This document shows, piece after piece, positions 10,240 to 20,246 of a stretch of 64,000 nt of DNA. The position numbers and the translations under genes were made by a program. How positions within the stretch are numbered: the stretch's first letter is position 1; every line of letters starts with the position of its first letter. The stretch is from Enterobacter phage EspM4VN. The stretch is from the sequence record LC373201.2; one strand, 5' to 3'. The notes beneath the pieces were generated by a model, which saw only the letters and a list, made by a program, of their open reading frames with translations, was not told the DNA's origin and did no database searches.

Positions 10240-10459
10240 TTGTACGCCCTCCAACACAGATGATGTTCAGTTCGCCACGGGCAAATCCACTCTTGCCGGA
10301 GGTTTTGTTGCCGTTCAGCATTTTCCACAGTCCATCAGCGTCGCCCAATTTCGGCATCTGATACTCTACCACAGGGATCTTGCGATCTTCTTCGAGCATT
10401 ACAGACACCATAGATTCGATATCCAGGGAGTCCATATCTTCAATTCGTTGCATTGCCAT
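10235..10459 (-). CDS. hypothetical protein (74 aa)
   Basis: ORF track. Confidence 0.4.
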   Translation of the reverse strand: MAMQRIEDMDSLDIESMVSVMLEEDRKIPVVEYQMPKLGDADGLWKMLNGNKTSGKSGFARGELNIICVGGRTR

Positions 10460-10540
10460 GATGTATTTCCTTGCAAAAGAAAGGGGAACGGGCTAATATT
10501 AACCCATTCCCCTTTATTGAAGAACGCAATCGCAGTCAGA

Positions 10541-10708
10541 TTACTTTTTCTTCAGCTCGTCCAGTTTGGCTTCGATTTGTTCCAGGATGTCTTTACCCTT
10601 CTGAACAATCACTTCACCGTCTTGCGCGTGTTTGCGGAAGACCAGAGCACCAGCGATGAAGCCGACAACCACACCAGGAAGTGTATACACCAACAGATCT
10701 TGTAACAT
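10541..10708 (-). CDS. small single-TM peptide (55 aa, MLQDLLVYTLPGVVVGFIAGALVFRKH...)
   Basis: Below the ORF-track cutoff. GAGGAT RBS 8 nt upstream. Hydrophobic core followed by a charged tail. Confidence 0.35.
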   Translation of the reverse strand: MLQDLLVYTLPGVVVGFIAGALVFRKHAQDGEVIVQKGKDILEQIEAKLDELKKK

Positions 10709-10744
10709 GATAATATCCTCACTTTATAGGCGAGGATATTTATA

Positions 10745-11980
10745 TCAGCGTTTCAAGAGTGCCATGAGGTTGACGCTGTTGGACTTCGGCTTTTCCTCAA
10801 CCTTGCGTACAGGCATCTTCAGGTTTGTACAGACCTCGGATGGTTCCCAGCGCGTACCCTTTTGCAGGTGCCAAATGTGTAGAGGGATACCAGTCTCAAA
10901 GAACACAGGCATCTTCCACTTCTGGACGCCTGGAACGTGCCCTGCAGGAGCCTTTTCGCACAACAGGGTATCTGGTAGCCAGAGTGATCGGGCTTCCCAG
11001 AGCGCTGCACAGGAGTACTCCGGCCAGATGCGTTCCATGTAGTCGATCTCATCCCAGGTACGCTCGGCATCCCACCCAATGTAACGGGTGTTCTTCTCGC
11101 GGAAGAACTTCTTCAGCCAACAGGCACCTGAGGTCTCAAAGTTCAGGCGGTTGATGAACGTCAGATGCCCGAACTCAGCCACGCAATCCTGGAACGCCTG
11201 TTCAAGGTCGGCCTCAAGGATATCACACTCTTCATCCGTGATAGGACAACCGTTGATCTTTTTCTTCCCGTGCTTAGTCACCCAGTCGTCACGGTTGGAC
11301 AAGAACGCCGCGCCGTTGCGGTTGGACTCACTACCATCGCGGTCACGCAGCATGAAACCGGGGACGTCGATATCCCACATGTTACCGAAGACCATGTTCA
11401 AGGCTTCCAGGAAGTTCCAGGCGCTCAGGCGGCCGAAGTATTTCCAGGACATCGCCGTTTCCCACAACTTAGTGAACTGGTCGCCTTGGGGCTTGGTCTC
11501 CAACATCGGTCGGAATGCTTCCATCTGGGAGCGCCCAGCCAGCCAGTCGATGTAAGACTGAACACATGGAATCATCTTGGACTTGCGGTAGCGGCAGTCG
11601 GTATCGAAGCGCATGCGATCAAAGTTCAGGTTGTACCAATCAGAGAAGCGCTGCATCTCTTCCTTAGACTGAGGAGGCACAGGGAACTCACTGTAGATCG
11701 TCCATGGACCGATGGCGTTATAGCAGCAGCCCCAAAGGAACGACATCCAGATCTTGCGCTCGACCTTCTCAAGCTGTGTGATGCCTTCAGTGACTTCGAT
11801 GGCATAGTCCATCAGACGCATCTGCTGGTTGTGCTCTTCGGTGTAGGACAGCGCCTCCACCCAAGCCTTGAGCAGGTACATGCGATTCTCAGGCTTGCGA
11901 TAGTCAACAGCCAGGTCAATCGGGTACTTCCATTCAGCCGGAGGCGTATAGCCCGTCGGCATTTTAGATAGATGGGTCAT
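10745..11980 (-). CDS. hypothetical protein (411 aa), possibly a DNA-modification enzyme by neighbourhood
   Basis: Long ORF in the same operon as the P-loop kinase; no motif recognised. Confidence 0.5.
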   Translation of the reverse strand: MTHLSKMPTGYTPPAEWKYPIDLAVDYRKPENRMYLLKAWVEALSYTEEHNQQMRLMDYAIEVTEGITQLEKVERKIWMSFLWGCCYNAIGPWTIYSEFPVPPQSKEEMQRFSDWYNLNFDRMRFDTDCRYRKSKMIPCVQSYIDWLAGRSQMEAFRPMLETKPQGDQFTKLWETAMSWKYFGRLSAWNFLEALNMVFGNMWDIDVPGFMLRDRDGSESNRNGAAFLSNRDDWVTKHGKKKINGCPITDEECDILEADLEQAFQDCVAEFGHLTFINRLNFETSGACWLKKFFREKNTRYIGWDAERTWDEIDYMERIWPEYSCAALWEARSLWLPDTLLCEKAPAGHVPGVQKWKMPVFFETGIPLHIWHLQKGTRWEPSEVCTNLKMPVRKVEEKPKSNSVNLMALLKR

Positions 11981-12162
11981 CCGAGTTTACTCCCGAGTTC
12001 AACACGGAACGCCAGATAGAATAAAGTGGCGATCGATACAGGACAAATCACCAGGAAGGGGCGCTGCTCAACCCCTTCAGTCACCATGACGCCGACGAGC
12101 GATACCGTGAAGATAACGAACATCAGCATCATAAAGATAAAATCAACCGACCTGATCTTCAT
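11977..12162 (-). CDS. small membrane protein (61 aa)
   Basis: ORF with two hydrophobic segments; ATGA-type overlap with the downstream gene. Confidence 0.4.
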   Translation of the reverse strand: MKIRSVDFIFMMLMFVIFTVSLVGVMVTEGVEQRPFLVICPVSIATLFYLAFRVELGSKLG

Positions 12163-12219
12163 CTTTCGCTTCCTCTTCAGGAGCCGCAGCTTCAGGAGCC
12201 AGCTGGATATCTTCCGGCT

Positions 12220-12516
12220 TCACGAACCCATCGGGCGCTCCCACATATCGATGAAGCGGCGGTCGGCGGTCACAAACCAAAGACGGGCTGCAGTGTGGGT
12301 CTTACCCGAGATGAACATCTGGGCATTCGTCTGGGTGCGGAACGGAGCCGCCTGCAACCACTTACCGAAGTCTTTGGACGACGGGTTGGCATTCAGCTGG
12401 AACTGAGGGATGACGCGGTTCTCTTCAGGAATCAGGCGCACAGCAGTAATGTGCTTGGCGTTTCCGGTGTAGTCAATTGCGACAGCCACAGCATCGCGAG
12501 GGATTTGAATTTTCAT
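12220..12516 (-). CDS. hypothetical protein (about 98 aa, start MKIQIPRD)
   Basis: Internal ATG at 12516 with an AAGGA RBS. The ORF N-terminal extension looks non-coding. Confidence 0.4.
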   Translation of the reverse strand: MKIQIPRDAVAVAIDYTGNAKHITAVRLIPEENRVIPQFQLNANPSSKDFGKWLQAAPFRTQTNAQMFISGKTHTAARLWFVTADRRFIDMWERPMGS

Positions 12517-12716
12517 TTTGGTTCCTTGAATATTTTGTAACCAGCAGCGCCGATAGACATCACCGCGCCAATACAGTACATCACAGTCACGTTCAACTTC
12601 TCTGAGGTTGTTAAGTCCAGAGGAGTGAAATGATAGGCCAGGCCAGCGCACATTGAAACGGCTGCCATAATCAGGCCGATGAACAACAGATAATTAGACA
12701 ACCGTTTCATGATCAC
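12513..12716 (-). CDS. small membrane protein (67 aa)
   Basis: ORF with two TM helices; ATGA-type overlap with the upstream kinase stop. Confidence 0.45.
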   Translation of the reverse strand: MIMKRLSNYLLFIGLIMAAVSMCAGLAYHFTPLDLTTSEKLNVTVMYCIGAVMSIGAAGYKIFKEPK

Positions 12717-13627
12717 CCCTTCTTCATCAGGTCAAGGAGAGAGCGCGACGCTGCCTTCGGTGCTTCTGGCTCGGCACTCGCCTTGGTTTTAGTTTTGGAT
12801 GCCTTCTGCGGCTTCTCAGGCACTCTGTGCGCCAAAGGATCCTGCCCACCGACCTCACGGGTCATTGGGTTGGTCTCACAGAAAGCATAGAAGTCTTTGC
12901 TGTAAAACCCATACGCTCGAGTTTCGTCCAATTGATGGTGGATAGCATTACCAACCACCCACAAAGGAGCATCGAACGGAAGGATAGCCACTTCTGAATT
13001 TGTCGGTGATTTGAACTCCTGGGTGTTGGTTTCCGGCGCTTTGTACAGAATGTCCTGCCCGCTGTAATTGTCTACCACAGGGGTGAAGCCCAGCGCCAGC
13101 ATTTCGGCCTTCGACTTCTCAAACTCCTTGGAGTAAGATTCGTTGCGTGACCAGCCAGAGTCCCCTGCTTCCTTACCAGAGCGCCCACGGATACGCGCAT
13201 CGTACTGGTAGCGGTCAGGGTATGCAAAGTACAGCAGCGCCAGAGATTCAATCGGATAGTTCTTGAACATCCATTCAGGACGCCATTTGTCCGACAACAT
13301 GAGGGGTTCACCCTCACAGACCAGGGTATACCCCTGAGCCAGCCAGCCTTTGACCAGATCACGAGCGATGTCACCGGATCCTGTGGCGGCATGAACGCCG
13401 TCCATAGAAGTCCATGAAGCCAGACCGGACTTGTTGGACACAGTGTACTGGCCGACGAAGATTAACTTCAGCTCTTCGAATTTCAGGCCAAACGGGCGCG
13501 TCTTGTCGCCGATAGTGTAGGTCAGTTCGGTAGGCTCCAGCTTCGTACGGAGCCATTCGATGAACTGTACGACACGAGTGCCTTTACCCGTGCCGGAGGT
13601 TCCTTTGATTACGATGATCTTTGCCAT
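12713..13627 (-). CDS. P-loop kinase, candidate 5-hydroxymethyluracil DNA kinase (5-HMUDK-like)
   Basis: N-terminal Walker A (IKGTSGTGKGTR). The roughly 300-aa size and the phage-modification context match the 5-hmdU DNA kinases of hypermodifying phages. Confidence 0.5.
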   Translation of the reverse strand: MAKIIVIKGTSGTGKGTRVVQFIEWLRTKLEPTELTYTIGDKTRPFGLKFEELKLIFVGQYTVSNKSGLASWTSMDGVHAATGSGDIARDLVKGWLAQGYTLVCEGEPLMLSDKWRPEWMFKNYPIESLALLYFAYPDRYQYDARIRGRSGKEAGDSGWSRNESYSKEFEKSKAEMLALGFTPVVDNYSGQDILYKAPETNTQEFKSPTNSEVAILPFDAPLWVVGNAIHHQLDETRAYGFYSKDFYAFCETNPMTREVGGQDPLAHRVPEKPQKASKTKTKASAEPEAPKAASRSLLDLMKKG

Positions 13628-13932
13628 TATACAGCATCCTCAATACGCCAGCTCACGCCGCCCATCCAAGGTGCCCAGAATACAGCAACCTGCAGACGAC
13701 CGTTTTCTTCAAACTTCACTTTATACTGGTCGTCGAAGTTATAGAAGATTTCATCCGCTTCAGAGCGCTGACCGATCTCCACCAGTACGTCATGGAGAGC
13801 CTTGGCTGCGCCGATAGGAGTCGGAGTCTCCTGGCGACGAATGAAGTTGTTCACATGGATAATCACTCCATCCATATCACTATCACCAGAGCGTTTGTCT
13901 GGGGTTTCCCCGAACTTATTCTGTTCTTGCAC
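13627..13932 (-). CDS. hypothetical protein (101 aa)
   Basis: ORF track. Confidence 0.45.
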   Translation of the reverse strand: MQEQNKFGETPDKRSGDSDMDGVIIHVNNFIRRQETPTPIGAAKALHDVLVEIGQRSEADEIFYNFDDQYKVKFEENGRLQVAVFWAPWMGGVSWRIEDAV

Positions 13933-13941
13933 GATGTCCTC

Positions 13942-14717
13942 CTATCGGACGTATTGATAATGACCAATCAAGCGGTTCACCACTTCAACAATATTGTGAT
14001 TCAGGAAGTCGAAGTGGTTCTGGCCTTCTACTGGTTTAATATAAAGCATATCTTCCGAGTTCGAAAGATCCAGTTTTTCATAATTGCCCTGAGGAACAAA
14101 GATGACGAAGATGTTGTTCAGGCCGCATGGCTCGACATACTTCGGATTGTCATCAATCAGGACATCGCCAGCCAGCAGGTGCTTTTCGTCGGTGCTGACA
14201 AACCCGTTGAAGATGCCTGGGAACTTGTCGTAGACAAACTGGCGCTTGCTGCGCTCGTGTTCCGGCTCGCACTTAGACACTGCGATGAATTCAACATTGT
14301 CAAAGTCTTCGAGCAGAATCTTCTTCAGATTCACTAAGAACTCGTAAGCACCAGGGAGCGGGTTCATCTTGGCATACAGGTCAGGGCGACGCCACCAGTC
14401 CATAGGATCGTTACCGCTCGGCACACGTTGTTTGTGCAGCCCCAATTGGACTTCACGGTACAGCCACGCCGGATGCGCACGTTCGCGCATCAGGATAGCC
14501 AGGTCGCCAGCATGGGCCATATAGCACTCTTTGGTGATCGGCTGGAATGGCGCTGGTCCATGACCGTCATAGTGCTTGGACACGCTGAGGTTGTCTTCGT
14601 TGAACCACTGTACCCAAGGGAGAGGCTATCAACCAGCGTCAGGTCAACATCCACGAGGACGCGATACAGACCACCGACCTTTGATTTCATATCATAGAGG
14701 CAGACCAGGTTGTTCAT
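13942..14717 (-). CDS. 5'(3')-deoxyribonucleotidase (NT5C/HAD family), apparently frameshifted near 14620-14635
   Basis: The N-terminal frame from ATG 14717 gives YRVLVDVDLTLVD (HAD motif I as in dNT-1/dNT-2), then turns to S/T-rich junk. The second frame gives LPWVQWFNEDN... through motif III DVLIDDNP. A one-nucleotide insertion would fuse them. Confidence 0.55.
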
Positions 14718-15064
14718 TTGTCTTCCTCAACTTTGTCATAGCCTGTAGCAACACACTGTTCTTCTGTGCAATCAGCGTACAGAACAACAGACGCCTGCTT
14801 CACATAGGTGGTGCAGTGGTAGGTTTCGTCTTCCTGGATGGAATCGTCATAGTTGCAGACAGTCTGCAGGGGACCAGGAGTGGTGTTTTCCAGAGCCGCA
14901 TGAGCCTTGATGGTGTCTTCCATCTTAGACGTGGCCTGCTCATTAGTGAACGTCGGCGCGTCGAGGTCAACGGTAGACGCAACGTCCAGTAAGGTGGAGC
15001 ATGCGGTGGTAGAGAAAGCCAGAGCACACACCAGAAGAATCTTATTGAGTTTCATTTCAATCAC
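14714..15064 (-). CDS. putative lipoprotein (signal peptide MKLNKILLVCALAFSTTAC)
   Basis: N-terminal signal peptide ending in a Cys at a lipobox-like position. Confidence 0.45.
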   Translation of the reverse strand: MIEMKLNKILLVCALAFSTTACSTLLDVASTVDLDAPTFTNEQATSKMEDTIKAHAALENTTPGPLQTVCNYDDSIQEDETYHCTTYVKQASVVLYADCTEEQCVATGYDKVEEDK

Positions 15065-15116
15065 CTGTTTGTCAAAGGATAACAGGGGGAATTATATCCC
15101 CCTTTGGTTTATTGAA

Positions 15117-18116
15117 TCAACCTTTCTTCTTTTGCATCATGGCAAGAAGGTTCACACGGCGCTTGTGTGACCAGCCGACCACATCGAGGATGGACTGAAT
15201 CGGGTCGATGAAGGACTTCTCAAAGGCTGTATGGTAATCCACCCATTTACCCATACCCAGTTCCTCGGGGAAGAACTCAGGATATGCGAAGTAATTCTGA
15301 CCAAACGGGTTGCCATTCTTCAGCAGTACCATGTTGACCTTATCACCCGACTCAATCATTGGCAAGCCGAGGTCTTCGTTCTTCTCTACCATGCGGTTGT
15401 AACCCACACATGCCTTGGCAGCATAGTGAGCACCAGAGATGAACGAGCCGTCGGCAGCCACACACTTCTCTATGTCGGACACGCCGGATGCCTTGGCGAT
15501 ATCGTCTACAGAGAGCTTCATGTACTCCTCTTTGTACTGGGAGATGAGCGTCTGCACTTCCTCTTCGGTGCCGAGCAGGATACGCTCATAGCACTTAACA
15601 AGACGCTCACGACACCATTCGGGAGTGGTGGACTTACGGGCTTCCAGACCTTTGAACTTGATCTTCGGCTTCTCGTACTTGATGCCCTCACTGTCATACA
15701 CAGCCATGGCATACATCTTCTTGGCTCGCCAGACGGCGGCTGATGCAATTACTTCACGCTCCCACACCATGCGCTGCTCGAACCCGTTCATGGTGTTACA
15801 CAGAAGCTGTGCCCACTCATTGGTCTTCGGCTGGTAGTTGTCTTTGATCCATTGGTCGATGTTGTCAACCATCTTGTGGTGGTCAGTCTCATCCGGCCAC
15901 AGTTGCTTGACAAGACGCTCAATGCAGATGTAGTTGGAGTCGGTATCACCTGCGATGACGAAGTCCTGGCCTGTCGTACCACACAGCTTGTTCAGATAAT
16001 CATCGGTGTAACGCTTGTTCCACTTGTTGATCAGCTGACCGGACGTTGTGATGGCTTCAGCGATGTTGAGGTTGAAGTACTCTTTGAACCAGACGTTCGA
16101 GATCGCGCCATAGCCCGCGTTCATCAAGATCTTCAGACCTTGCTGGAGGGTATCTTGGGCAACCCCAAGGTCTTCCCACTTGTGCATCACTTCAGTCAGG
16201 GCATCAAGATCGATGTTCTTGTGCTCTTCATACCAGTCGGCATCATAGAAGCGAGACTTCATGGCCGACTCAAGCTGGAAGTCGCCCTTCGACATTTCCT
16301 TACACCAACCAGCCCACTGCTCGTACTTCAGCCCCTTGGCTTTCTCCACTTTACGGTCGCTGTAGATACCGCGCATGATTTCAGACAGGAACGACATCTT
16401 CTCGTTGCTGAAGAATTGGACGTTAGGCGTGAAGGACACGTTGTAGCGGCGCAGGGTCTCAAAGTGGAACTCACCCAGGGCGACCAGTTCATCAACGACC
16501 TGTAAACGCTCATCAACCGCACGCAACAGCTTGTCGTGCAGTGCTTTCATCAACCGACGTTTGTGCATCGGCGTGCTCATGTCGTTCATCTTCGCAGCCA
16601 GTTCTTCACACATGGCTTCAATGATTTCACGGCGCTGATGTTTGTCACCAACGATGGTCTCAGGACCGAGGTTGTATTGCTGGATGATGTGAGGGTAGAG
16701 GGAGTTCAAGTCCTCAGAGAAGACCCAGAAGTAGATTCCTGGAGCCACCTCCATGACGTATGCGCCCTCAAAGTCGGTCGGTCCATCGTACACGCGCTGG
16801 ATCTTGGGCACGATCCCCTTCTCATAGAGGCGATAGTAGCACATTGCCAGCCACGGAGCCACAGTGCCAAGGCCATCCTCATAGTTGGACTTGGTGCGGT
16901 ACGCCAGGACGAACATCAGCTGGAGCAGACGCAGCTTCTGTTCAAGACGCCACACCAGCTTGACGTCCTTGATACCATATCGGGTGTGTTTGGCATAGTC
17001 GTTGAAGTACAGATCAAAGAGCGACTTACTCTCACTGTAGTCCATCTTCTTCTCACCCAGCTCAACATATGCAATCCAGTCAAGAGAGTAGCGCTCACGG
17101 GTGGTGTACGTGTGCTTCTTGTAGATCTGCATGTAGTCGAGCATAGGACAGCCCACGAACTGATACGTCGTGATGTCGCCCTTCTTATCGCGAATGATGC
17201 GCTTCTTGATGATACCCCAAGGACTCAGGCGCGATGTCTCGCTCTCACCCAGCACCTGATTCATGCGCTCAACAAGATATGGGCTATCGAACGTCTCAAT
17301 GTTCCATCCCGTCCATCCGTCAAACTGACGCTCTGACCAGAAGTCAAGGAAAGATCTCAGCAGGTCTTGCTCGGTGACAAACTCCTGATACACAACCTCA
17401 AGGCCGCCGATCTCTTTGTCTTCGGTGTCGTAGGCGAACTTATTACGATCTTTGGAACACGGCATACCCCACACCATGAACTTGTTGGTCGCCATGTCCT
17501 GAAGCTGGATGAGCGTGATGGGGAAAGCCGCGTTCATATCTTGGGTGATCTTGCCGTTGCTGTCAATGACAGGGAACTGGTCGGTTACATTGTTGCTGAT
17601 GAAGGAACCAGGGAAGTGCTCGCGAACAAAGTCATGGTTGGCCAGGACTTGCTTATGGAAGCGGCGGATGCGCGCCTCGCTGCCTTTGAACGTCTGTTGC
17701 TCAATGGTTGGGTGTGGGAATGGACCTTTGGTCATCACTCCGTCTTTCCATCCAGCAGAGAACACTTCTATATCCAGGTTGGCGATATGGATGTTGGTGT
17801 AATCGGGTTCAATCTTTCCTGGGAAGCTGTGGGCAATGAACTGGTATGCATAATCCGTCTGGCCGTAGATCGCCGCTCCCTGCACTTCCTTGTACTCCTC
17901 AAGGTAGCCATCGGCTGTTCGCATGTCGGCGAACTTCTTGGCGATCAAGGGTTCATTGAGCAGGCCGACTTTGTCAACATTTGAATAATCAGCCGTGGGT
18001 AAATAGAGAGTGGGTTCGAATTTCTTTTTCAGCAGACGACGATTGCCCATGTCATCCGCGATTCGAATCAACAGGTCATTGCCCCTTCGGGCAACGTTCG
18101 TATAGAAAACGGTCAT
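15117..18116 (-). CDS. DNA polymerase, family B (T4 gp43-like)
   Basis: 999 aa. Motif C (IAGDTDSNYI) and motif B (KILMNAGYG). N-terminal exonuclease region. Confidence 0.9.
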   Translation of the reverse strand: MTVFYTNVARRGNDLLIRIADDMGNRRLLKKKFEPTLYLPTADYSNVDKVGLLNEPLIAKKFADMRTADGYLEEYKEVQGAAIYGQTDYAYQFIAHSFPGKIEPDYTNIHIANLDIEVFSAGWKDGVMTKGPFPHPTIEQQTFKGSEARIRRFHKQVLANHDFVREHFPGSFISNNVTDQFPVIDSNGKITQDMNAAFPITLIQLQDMATNKFMVWGMPCSKDRNKFAYDTEDKEIGGLEVVYQEFVTEQDLLRSFLDFWSERQFDGWTGWNIETFDSPYLVERMNQVLGESETSRLSPWGIIKKRIIRDKKGDITTYQFVGCPMLDYMQIYKKHTYTTRERYSLDWIAYVELGEKKMDYSESKSLFDLYFNDYAKHTRYGIKDVKLVWRLEQKLRLLQLMFVLAYRTKSNYEDGLGTVAPWLAMCYYRLYEKGIVPKIQRVYDGPTDFEGAYVMEVAPGIYFWVFSEDLNSLYPHIIQQYNLGPETIVGDKHQRREIIEAMCEELAAKMNDMSTPMHKRRLMKALHDKLLRAVDERLQVVDELVALGEFHFETLRRYNVSFTPNVQFFSNEKMSFLSEIMRGIYSDRKVEKAKGLKYEQWAGWCKEMSKGDFQLESAMKSRFYDADWYEEHKNIDLDALTEVMHKWEDLGVAQDTLQQGLKILMNAGYGAISNVWFKEYFNLNIAEAITTSGQLINKWNKRYTDDYLNKLCGTTGQDFVIAGDTDSNYICIERLVKQLWPDETDHHKMVDNIDQWIKDNYQPKTNEWAQLLCNTMNGFEQRMVWEREVIASAAVWRAKKMYAMAVYDSEGIKYEKPKIKFKGLEARKSTTPEWCRERLVKCYERILLGTEEEVQTLISQYKEEYMKLSVDDIAKASGVSDIEKCVAADGSFISGAHYAAKACVGYNRMVEKNEDLGLPMIESGDKVNMVLLKNGNPFGQNYFAYPEFFPEELGMGKWVDYHTAFEKSFIDPIQSILDVVGWSHKRRVNLLAMMQKKKG

Positions 18117-18195
18117 GTAATTCTCCAGGTTATCCGCGCCGTTAGCACGTGGGCATATTTAACCATAGAGCCATTCATTGACCAAGGAGTTTATT

Positions 18196-18768
18196 ATGGC
18201 AATCCCCCTCGTTGGTATGATCCCAGGAGCGCTCAAGCAACTCTGGAACCTCGGGACTGATTTGATCCAATATAAGCGGGAAGTTGTGCAAGCCAAACAC
18301 GATGTCAAGCTGGAGGCTATCAAGTCCTCCTCAGATTGGGAGCTGTCCAAGATCACCGAAGTCGGCGGATCTTGGAAAGACGAATTCTGGACTATTGTGT
18401 TGGCCGTACCCGCTATCCTCGTCATGACTGCTCCGGTTGTGGAACTGATTCTGTTCCCTGGTGAGTATCATAAAGGGGATTTCATCAAAGCAGTAATCGG
18501 TGGTCTCCAGGCGCTTGATACCGCACCTGAATGGTATACCTATTCATTATTGACAGCAATTAGTGCATCATTCGGTATCAAAGGCTACAACCACTACAAA
18601 AGCAACGGGCGAAAAGCCCAGGCTGTGGATGCTCTCAAGCAGTTTGGGGTCAGGGTCGTACAAAAAGATCCCACTGTTGTTACTCAGTCGGGTGCTCCCG
18701 ATCTTGAGTCTGCTCCCCCAGCTGGGTCTACTGCGACCTCTGGTGCGTGGCCTGATCTGAAGAAATAA
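18196..18768 (+). CDS. membrane protein (about 190 aa, start MAIPLVGMIPG)
   Basis: AGGAG RBS 8 nt upstream of the ATG at 18196; several hydrophobic segments. Confidence 0.5.
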   Translation: MAIPLVGMIPGALKQLWNLGTDLIQYKREVVQAKHDVKLEAIKSSSDWELSKITEVGGSWKDEFWTIVLAVPAILVMTAPVVELILFPGEYHKGDFIKAVIGGLQALDTAPEWYTYSLLTAISASFGIKGYNHYKSNGRKAQAVDALKQFGVRVVQKDPTVVTQSGAPDLESAPPAGSTATSGAWPDLKK

Positions 18769-18773
18769 GTTCA

Positions 18774-18799
18774 AGGGGAGGAAACTCCCCTTTCTTTTG
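18774..18799 (+). terminator. intrinsic terminator (AAGGGGAGgaaaCTCCCCTT + T-run)
   Basis: GC-rich hairpin followed by TTTCTTTT. Confidence 0.55.
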
Positions 18800-18810
18800 G
18801 TGTTTAGGGA

Positions 18811-19023
18811 ATGAAAGTGGTAAACAAGAGATTGCTCGTCACCCAAGGTGGGGCGACGATAGTGCGCGGAAGGATCTATGAACAGACACAGCTGGGTGAT
18901 CACAAGACACGCCTGACTGTTAAGGCTCCCGATGGTGGTTGGCCGACTAAGGTGATTGTCCCAGACGGTCTCATAGAACGAGGGTCGGCAACGTACAAGG
19001 GAGCAGAGTTCAAAATTTATTAA
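18811..19023 (+). CDS. hypothetical protein (70 aa)
   Basis: ORF track. Confidence 0.4.
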   Translation: MKVVNKRLLVTQGGATIVRGRIYEQTQLGDHKTRLTVKAPDGGWPTKVIVPDGLIERGSATYKGAEFKIY

Positions 19024-19041
19024 AATATTTATTGAATAAAG

Positions 19042-19069
19042 TTTACTTCTTCAATAACTGGCGTATACT
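19042..19069 (+). promoter_or_regulatory. sigma70-like early promoter candidate (TTTACT-N16-TATACT) containing a TTCTTCAATAA motif
   Basis: -35/-10-like hexamers with 16-nt spacing, about 50 nt upstream of the ATG at 19119. Confidence 0.35.
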
Positions 19070-19118
19070 TCTAATTGTAGTACGAACAAACAACAATCTG
19101 AAGAGAAGGAAATACATC

Positions 19119-19646
19119 ATGAAAATTTTAGCAGAAACCGCAAACAAAAACACAGTTCTGTCTGACGCAGGTGAAGGTCACGTCTTCGGTAACTTCTTCG
19201 GCGCGGCAGACGGCGACAAACTTTCTGCTGGCCGTTACATGGTGGTGTATCATCTTATCATGAAAGGCGTTCGCCAAGAGTTGAAACAGAAATTTGACTC
19301 CTACGTTGATGCCATGAACTTCTTCCTCTTCCAGAAACGTCACGAACTGTTCGTTGAAGCGAAAGACGCAGGCCTGGACGACGCGACTGCCGAACTGATC
19401 GCAGAAGGTAAAATGTCCCTCGAGGAAGCTCTGGGTGACATGGATTGCGAAGCCGAAGCCCATTATATCGAATATTCCGCTTACCAGAATGAATGTGAAG
19501 ACGATCCTGAAGATGACGGCTTCGACCCTGACCTTCACGGCGGCGAGGATGACAATACTCCTTCCCTGGAAGTGATCATGGCAGGCGGTCAGGCCGCTTG
19601 GGAGTGGCAGAACGAGAAGAACGCCTGGCTGGATTCCCGTCTTTAA
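19119..19646 (+). CDS. acidic hypothetical protein (about 175 aa, start MKILAET)
   Basis: ORF; start chosen downstream of the candidate promoter. Confidence 0.5.
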   Translation: MKILAETANKNTVLSDAGEGHVFGNFFGAADGDKLSAGRYMVVYHLIMKGVRQELKQKFDSYVDAMNFFLFQKRHELFVEAKDAGLDDATAELIAEGKMSLEEALGDMDCEAEAHYIEYSAYQNECEDDPEDDGFDPDLHGGEDDNTPSLEVIMAGGQAAWEWQNEKNAWLDSRL

Positions 19647-19653
19647 TATGACC

Positions 19654-19671
19654 AAGCCCCTTCGGGGGCTT
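19654..19671 (+). terminator. terminator-like hairpin (AAGCCCCttcgGGGGCTT)
   Basis: Perfect stem with a UUCG-type tetraloop directly after the stop codon. Confidence 0.45.
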
Positions 19672-19694
19672 ACTTTGAACTGAAGGACTATATC

Positions 19695-20246
19695 ATGACT
19701 ATGCCCAAAACTCCTGTCCGTATCGCTGTTGAGCCTCTGTTATCACAGGCTGAAGAAGCTGCCGAGCAGTACGCGAACAAAATCATCAAGAACGTGATGG
19801 ACGACCTGGCCGCCAACGGCTGGGATCTTCAGAAGTGCGCCCCTTGGCCGTCAACTGTCGGCGTCCGGATGGGTCACCACGATTACCACCGCATGAAGGC
19901 AAAACAGTCCTTGTATATGAGCCTGACTACCGACAATAACCCGCCAAACCGCTCTTATCAGGTCGGTGCGCCGAACATCGTCAAGGCCGATCCAGAGCGC
20001 CAACGTCTGTTCATCAAGGAAGCCCGTCGCAACGCTGCCTATCAGTATGAGTCTTTCATCTGTAAACTGGAAGACAAGATTGGCGGTCATAGCGCGGCTG
20101 TCCTCGACGGTTCCCACATTTGGGGACATTCAATCCTGACCGTGACTACTCCGGAAGGGGTTCAGCGCTGGAAGACTCAGACGATCATCAATGTGTCTAA
20201 GCTGGGCAAACTCTTTAACCAATATCCAACTCGCAAGGTGAAATAA
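19695..20246 (+). CDS. hypothetical protein (183 aa)
   Basis: ORF track. Confidence 0.5.
   Translation: MTMPKTPVRIAVEPLLSQAEEAAEQYANKIIKNVMDDLAANGWDLQKCAPWPSTVGVRMGHHDYHRMKAKQSLYMSLTTDNNPPNRSYQVGAPNIVKADPERQRLFIKEARRNAAYQYESFICKLEDKIGGHSAAVLDGSHIWGHSILTVTTPEGVQRWKTQTIINVSKLGKLFNQYPTRKVK

Noticed and set aside
16536-17336. 266-aa plus-strand ORF
   Set aside because: Antisense shadow of the DNA polymerase gene.
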